Source: a virus (taxonomy: Duplodnaviria; Caudoviricetes). From it: a stretch of 27,579 nt of DNA. The DNA is taken from positions 1-27,579 of the IMG/VR virus record IMGVR_UViG_3300020042_000345. The stretch is one strand, 5' to 3'. The notes beneath the pieces are model-generated. The model made no database searches. It had not been told where the DNA came from and saw only the letters and a list, made by a program, of their open reading frames with translations. Position 1 is the first letter of the stretch. Each line of letters begins with the position of its first letter. Made by a program: the position numbers and the translations under genes. Below, one piece after another: positions 25,371-27,579 of this stretch.

Positions 25371-25550
25371 TTACTTGATCTTGCCCAGAACCTTGGCAAC
25401 CGTCGCCTTGACGTTAACGCTGCCGTCATTCTTGCCGCTGTAGGTCGCCATCTGGGCGTTGGTCGGCGTGTTGCGGGCGGGCATACCGCCGCCAGTAATC
25501 TTTGGCTCACGGCTGTTGAGCTTGCTAATGGGCGCGAGGATTTTGTTCAT
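25371..25550 (-). CDS. Basic micro-protein, 59 aa (not in the ORF track)
   Basis: MNKILAPISKLNSREPKITGGGMPARNTPTNAQMATYSGKNDGSVNVKATVAKVLGKIK. ATGA-coupled upstream and ends 2 nt before the portal ATG. Confidence 0.7.
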   Translation of the reverse strand: MNKILAPISKLNSREPKITGGGMPARNTPTNAQMATYSGKNDGSVNVKATVAKVLGKIK

Positions 25551-25705
25551 TTTTTGACTTTCTTTGCCGTTTTGGCAGAATTGATAAAGTCTTGCTTAGT
25601 CGGCGCTGCTTTGCTGCCAACTTTGTTCATTTTCTCGCCAGAGCCTGCCTTGATGCGGGCTTGCTTGGCGTTGATGTTTGCGTAAAGTCCGGGTTTTGTA
25701 GCCAT
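25547..25705 (-). CDS. Basic micro-protein, 52 aa (not in the ORF track)
   Basis: MATKPGLYANINAKQARIKAGSGEKMNKVGSKAAPTKQDFINSAKTAKKVKK, tightly packed between its neighbours. Confidence 0.78.
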   Translation of the reverse strand: MATKPGLYANINAKQARIKAGSGEKMNKVGSKAAPTKQDFINSAKTAKKVKK

Positions 25706-25707
25706 GA

Positions 25708-25965
25708 TCAGCACTTCCATCGTTTGAGGGCCGCTTTGGCCCGTTCGCCGTCTTTGGCCTTCGCCGCGACGGCACCCATGCGTGAGCAGAAACTGTCTTT
25801 GCGTGCCTGATCAGCCTTGGTCTTGGGGTTCGGGGCTGGCGGCTTCAAGTTAGAGCCCGTGGCGGCGTTGTACTTCTCGCGGCCCTTGGCTGTCAGGCCC
25901 GCGCCCTTGCTGACGGGTAGCTTCTCGCCCCGTCCAACGCTAAGAGACACACCCTTTTTTGCCAT
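25708..25965 (-). CDS. Basic small protein (DUF6321-like)
   Basis: 'GAGLTAKGREKYNAATGSNLKPP...RKDSFCSRM...AKAALKRWKC'; Lys/Arg-rich. Confidence 0.75.
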   Translation of the reverse strand: MAKKGVSLSVGRGEKLPVSKGAGLTAKGREKYNAATGSNLKPPAPNPKTKADQARKDSFCSRMGAVAAKAKDGERAKAALKRWKC

Positions 25966-27510
25966 TTAAGACCCCATCCAAGATGTCGATGCAGCGCCAT
26001 TCTGGGCGTTGCGCCGGGTAATTATGCGGTCATTGTACTCTCGATGTGCAACCGGAAACGCAAAGGTCACGGCCAGCGCGTCTGCCGCATCAGGCGATGA
26101 TAGTCCTCGTGCTCTCATTTCCTTCTTGCCCTCAAGGTAGATGGTTCCCGCCGAGTTCGGCTTCTTCATGGGCCCGGTCAGGTCAGTTTTAAGCTGCCTG
26201 TCCGCAGAAAGTGACGCCGTTTTCAGCCACTCCCGCATCGCGCCCCACATCTCAGCCCGCTTGTTACCCCACATCACGGGGTTCTTGGCCTTCCAGCCGA
26301 AGTTCACACCGCGCACTTTGTACCGCTGCTCGGTCAACCTGTCAAGTATGCCGTATCCGAGGCCACCCTCGTCAATCACGGTCAGCGTGGGCTTGAACTC
26401 CTCGATGGCATCAATCACGTTACCCACGGTAGTCATGGTGTCGTCGCCCTTGAACCTGCGGATCGCTATGATGTCCCGCCCCTGGCGCACCACCATGACC
26501 GTGGAGTCCATGCCGCCCCGTGCAGGGTCAACCCCAAGCACAATCGGCGCTGTCATGTCCTTGTGCTTGGGCCGCTTCATGGCGTCATCGACCACCGAGG
26601 GCATGATGAACTGGTCATCCCCGCTCTTGGGGAAGTCCCCGTACACCTCGACACGGGCCTCGTCCGAGTCCTCGCCGTATTCTGCGATGATCTGCTCGTA
26701 GATCGACTTGTCAGTGCCTTCCACCGTGCGGGCGTCGATCTTGCGGCTTGTCCAAAACTGCCGCTTGCCCCCGTCGATAGCCTCGTAGAAGTACCCGGTG
26801 TTGCGCCGACCGTTGCTGAACGCCAGCCAGTACCGATCCAAGATGTTTTCGGTAAAGAACCCTGCTGCCACGCTCCATATGCTGTCCGGGATGCCGCTGG
26901 CCTCGTCGAAGATCACCATCATGCCGTCCATGTTGTGGACACCGGCATAGGCGTCTGGGTTCTCCTCGCTCCAGAGCTTGCCCTCGGCACCCCAGTACCG
27001 GGTGCCTTTCCTCAAGTCACGCTCAACCAGATCAGTCAACCACGCAGCCGGTGCCAGCTTGGTAGCGCTCGGCTCCCACCAGTGCGCGTTGATGCTCATG
27101 GTGGCCCACTTAGTCAACTCACCCCAGGTGACGGTACGCAACTGTGTCTCGCTGTTAGCTGAGACCACGACAGACGAGCCAATGCGAGTGGACAGCATCC
27201 ACAGAATCAGCCAGCTCACCAGTGCCGACTTCCCCACACCCCGGCCAGAGGACACAGCCGAGCGCAGCGCGTCGATCATCTCATCGGCACTCATGCTGCT
27301 GCGGTTGGTCCGGATAAAGTCCGCTATCTCACGAAGCACCTCCCGCTGCCACTTGCGCGGCCCCTTGAACTTCTCAAGCGGCGTGTTCTTCTGCCCCCAC
27401 GGAAACGCGAACAGAACGAACGTCTCCGGGTTGTCGGCAATCTGCGGCGACCACAACTGCGTCATGAGCAGTTGCTCCTCCTCGGGGCTGTACCTGATTC
27501 GCTGCATCAC
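25966..27510 (-). CDS. terL: Terminase large subunit
   Basis: Walker A 'SSGRGVGKS', Walker B 'MVIFDEASG', nuclease 'LGVDPARGGMD', 'IDEGGLG' and 'SPDAADALA'. Start is GTG 27510 or ATG 27507. Confidence 0.95.
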   Translation of the reverse strand: MMQRIRYSPEEEQLLMTQLWSPQIADNPETFVLFAFPWGQKNTPLEKFKGPRKWQREVLREIADFIRTNRSSMSADEMIDALRSAVSSGRGVGKSALVSWLILWMLSTRIGSSVVVSANSETQLRTVTWGELTKWATMSINAHWWEPSATKLAPAAWLTDLVERDLRKGTRYWGAEGKLWSEENPDAYAGVHNMDGMMVIFDEASGIPDSIWSVAAGFFTENILDRYWLAFSNGRRNTGYFYEAIDGGKRQFWTSRKIDARTVEGTDKSIYEQIIAEYGEDSDEARVEVYGDFPKSGDDQFIMPSVVDDAMKRPKHKDMTAPIVLGVDPARGGMDSTVMVVRQGRDIIAIRRFKGDDTMTTVGNVIDAIEEFKPTLTVIDEGGLGYGILDRLTEQRYKVRGVNFGWKAKNPVMWGNKRAEMWGAMREWLKTASLSADRQLKTDLTGPMKKPNSAGTIYLEGKKEMRARGLSSPDAADALAVTFAFPVAHREYNDRIITRRNAQNGAASTSWMGS

Positions 27511-27578
27511 TGCTCCAGTCGAGGGGTTACGTCCATCACTTCAGCTTCGACGATCCGCATCTGAGCTTGCTGAAGCGC
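27507..27578 (-). CDS. terS: Probable terminase small subunit, C-terminal fragment
   Basis: Open from the window edge (ALQQAQMRIVEAEVMDVTPRLEQ*). Its stop overlaps the terL start; assignment is positional. Confidence 0.55.
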   Translation of the reverse strand, partial: ALQQAQMRIVEAEVMDVTPRLEQ

Positions 27579-27579
27579 C

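Larger units (their letters stand above)
1..27579. mobile_element. Segment of a P22-like (podovirus morphotype) dsDNA bacteriophage genome
   Basis: Terminase, portal, scaffold, coat, gp4/gp10-like tail genes, ejection proteins and endolysin on the - strand converge with a phage replication module on the + strand. No tape-measure or sheath gene, no host housekeeping genes and no integrase in the window. Confidence 0.97.

Noticed and set aside
603-27162. Many long antisense or alternate-frame ORFs (e.g. 1446..2003 -, 15776..16453 +, 16801..17595 +, 22487..23317 +, 26563..27162 +)
   Set aside because: They shadow well-supported genes, show no motifs, and are expected from GC-rich codon bias.
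537-27510. Inteins, introns or homing endonucleases in polymerase, helicase or terminase
   Set aside because: All three have compact lengths with contiguous motifs and no splice-junction, LAGLIDADG or HNH signatures.
1-27579. tRNA genes, CRISPR arrays, attachment sites or genetic-code reassignment
   Set aside because: Intergenic gaps are all under about 60 nt, no repeat-spacer pattern was seen, and genes tile the window under the standard code.

Overview
The whole window is part of a tailed dsDNA bacteriophage (podovirus type) genome with two convergent gene blocks. The + strand (1-6753) is a replication/early module: partial DUF2815-type SSB-like gene, family B DNA polymerase with a proofreading domain, VRR-NUC nuclease, a PAPS-reductase-like PP-loop/Cys-cluster enzyme, an SNF2-type helicase and small accessory genes. 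The - strand (27579-6758) is a P22-like late operon: TerS end, TerL, three basic micro-proteins, portal, a ferritin/Dps-like protein, a cluster of fibre/spike/adaptor genes, scaffold, P22-gp5-type coat, two probable decoration proteins, gp4-, gp10- and gp26-like tail genes, three ejection proteins and a four-gene lysis cassette ending in a GH108 endolysin. The most interesting signals are (i) a triple LxxExG peptide found both in a loop of the tail hub and in an unannotated 53-aa protein, suggesting plug-and-socket docking of fibres on tail and head, (ii) a split tailspike (adaptor plus separate AT-rich receptor-binding gene), (iii) the PP-loop/Cys enzyme inside a PolB replisome as a candidate DNA-modification enzyme, and (iv) an identical 15-mer over the start codons of the polymerase and a distant early gene. 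All family calls come from reading motifs by eye; no searches were run.
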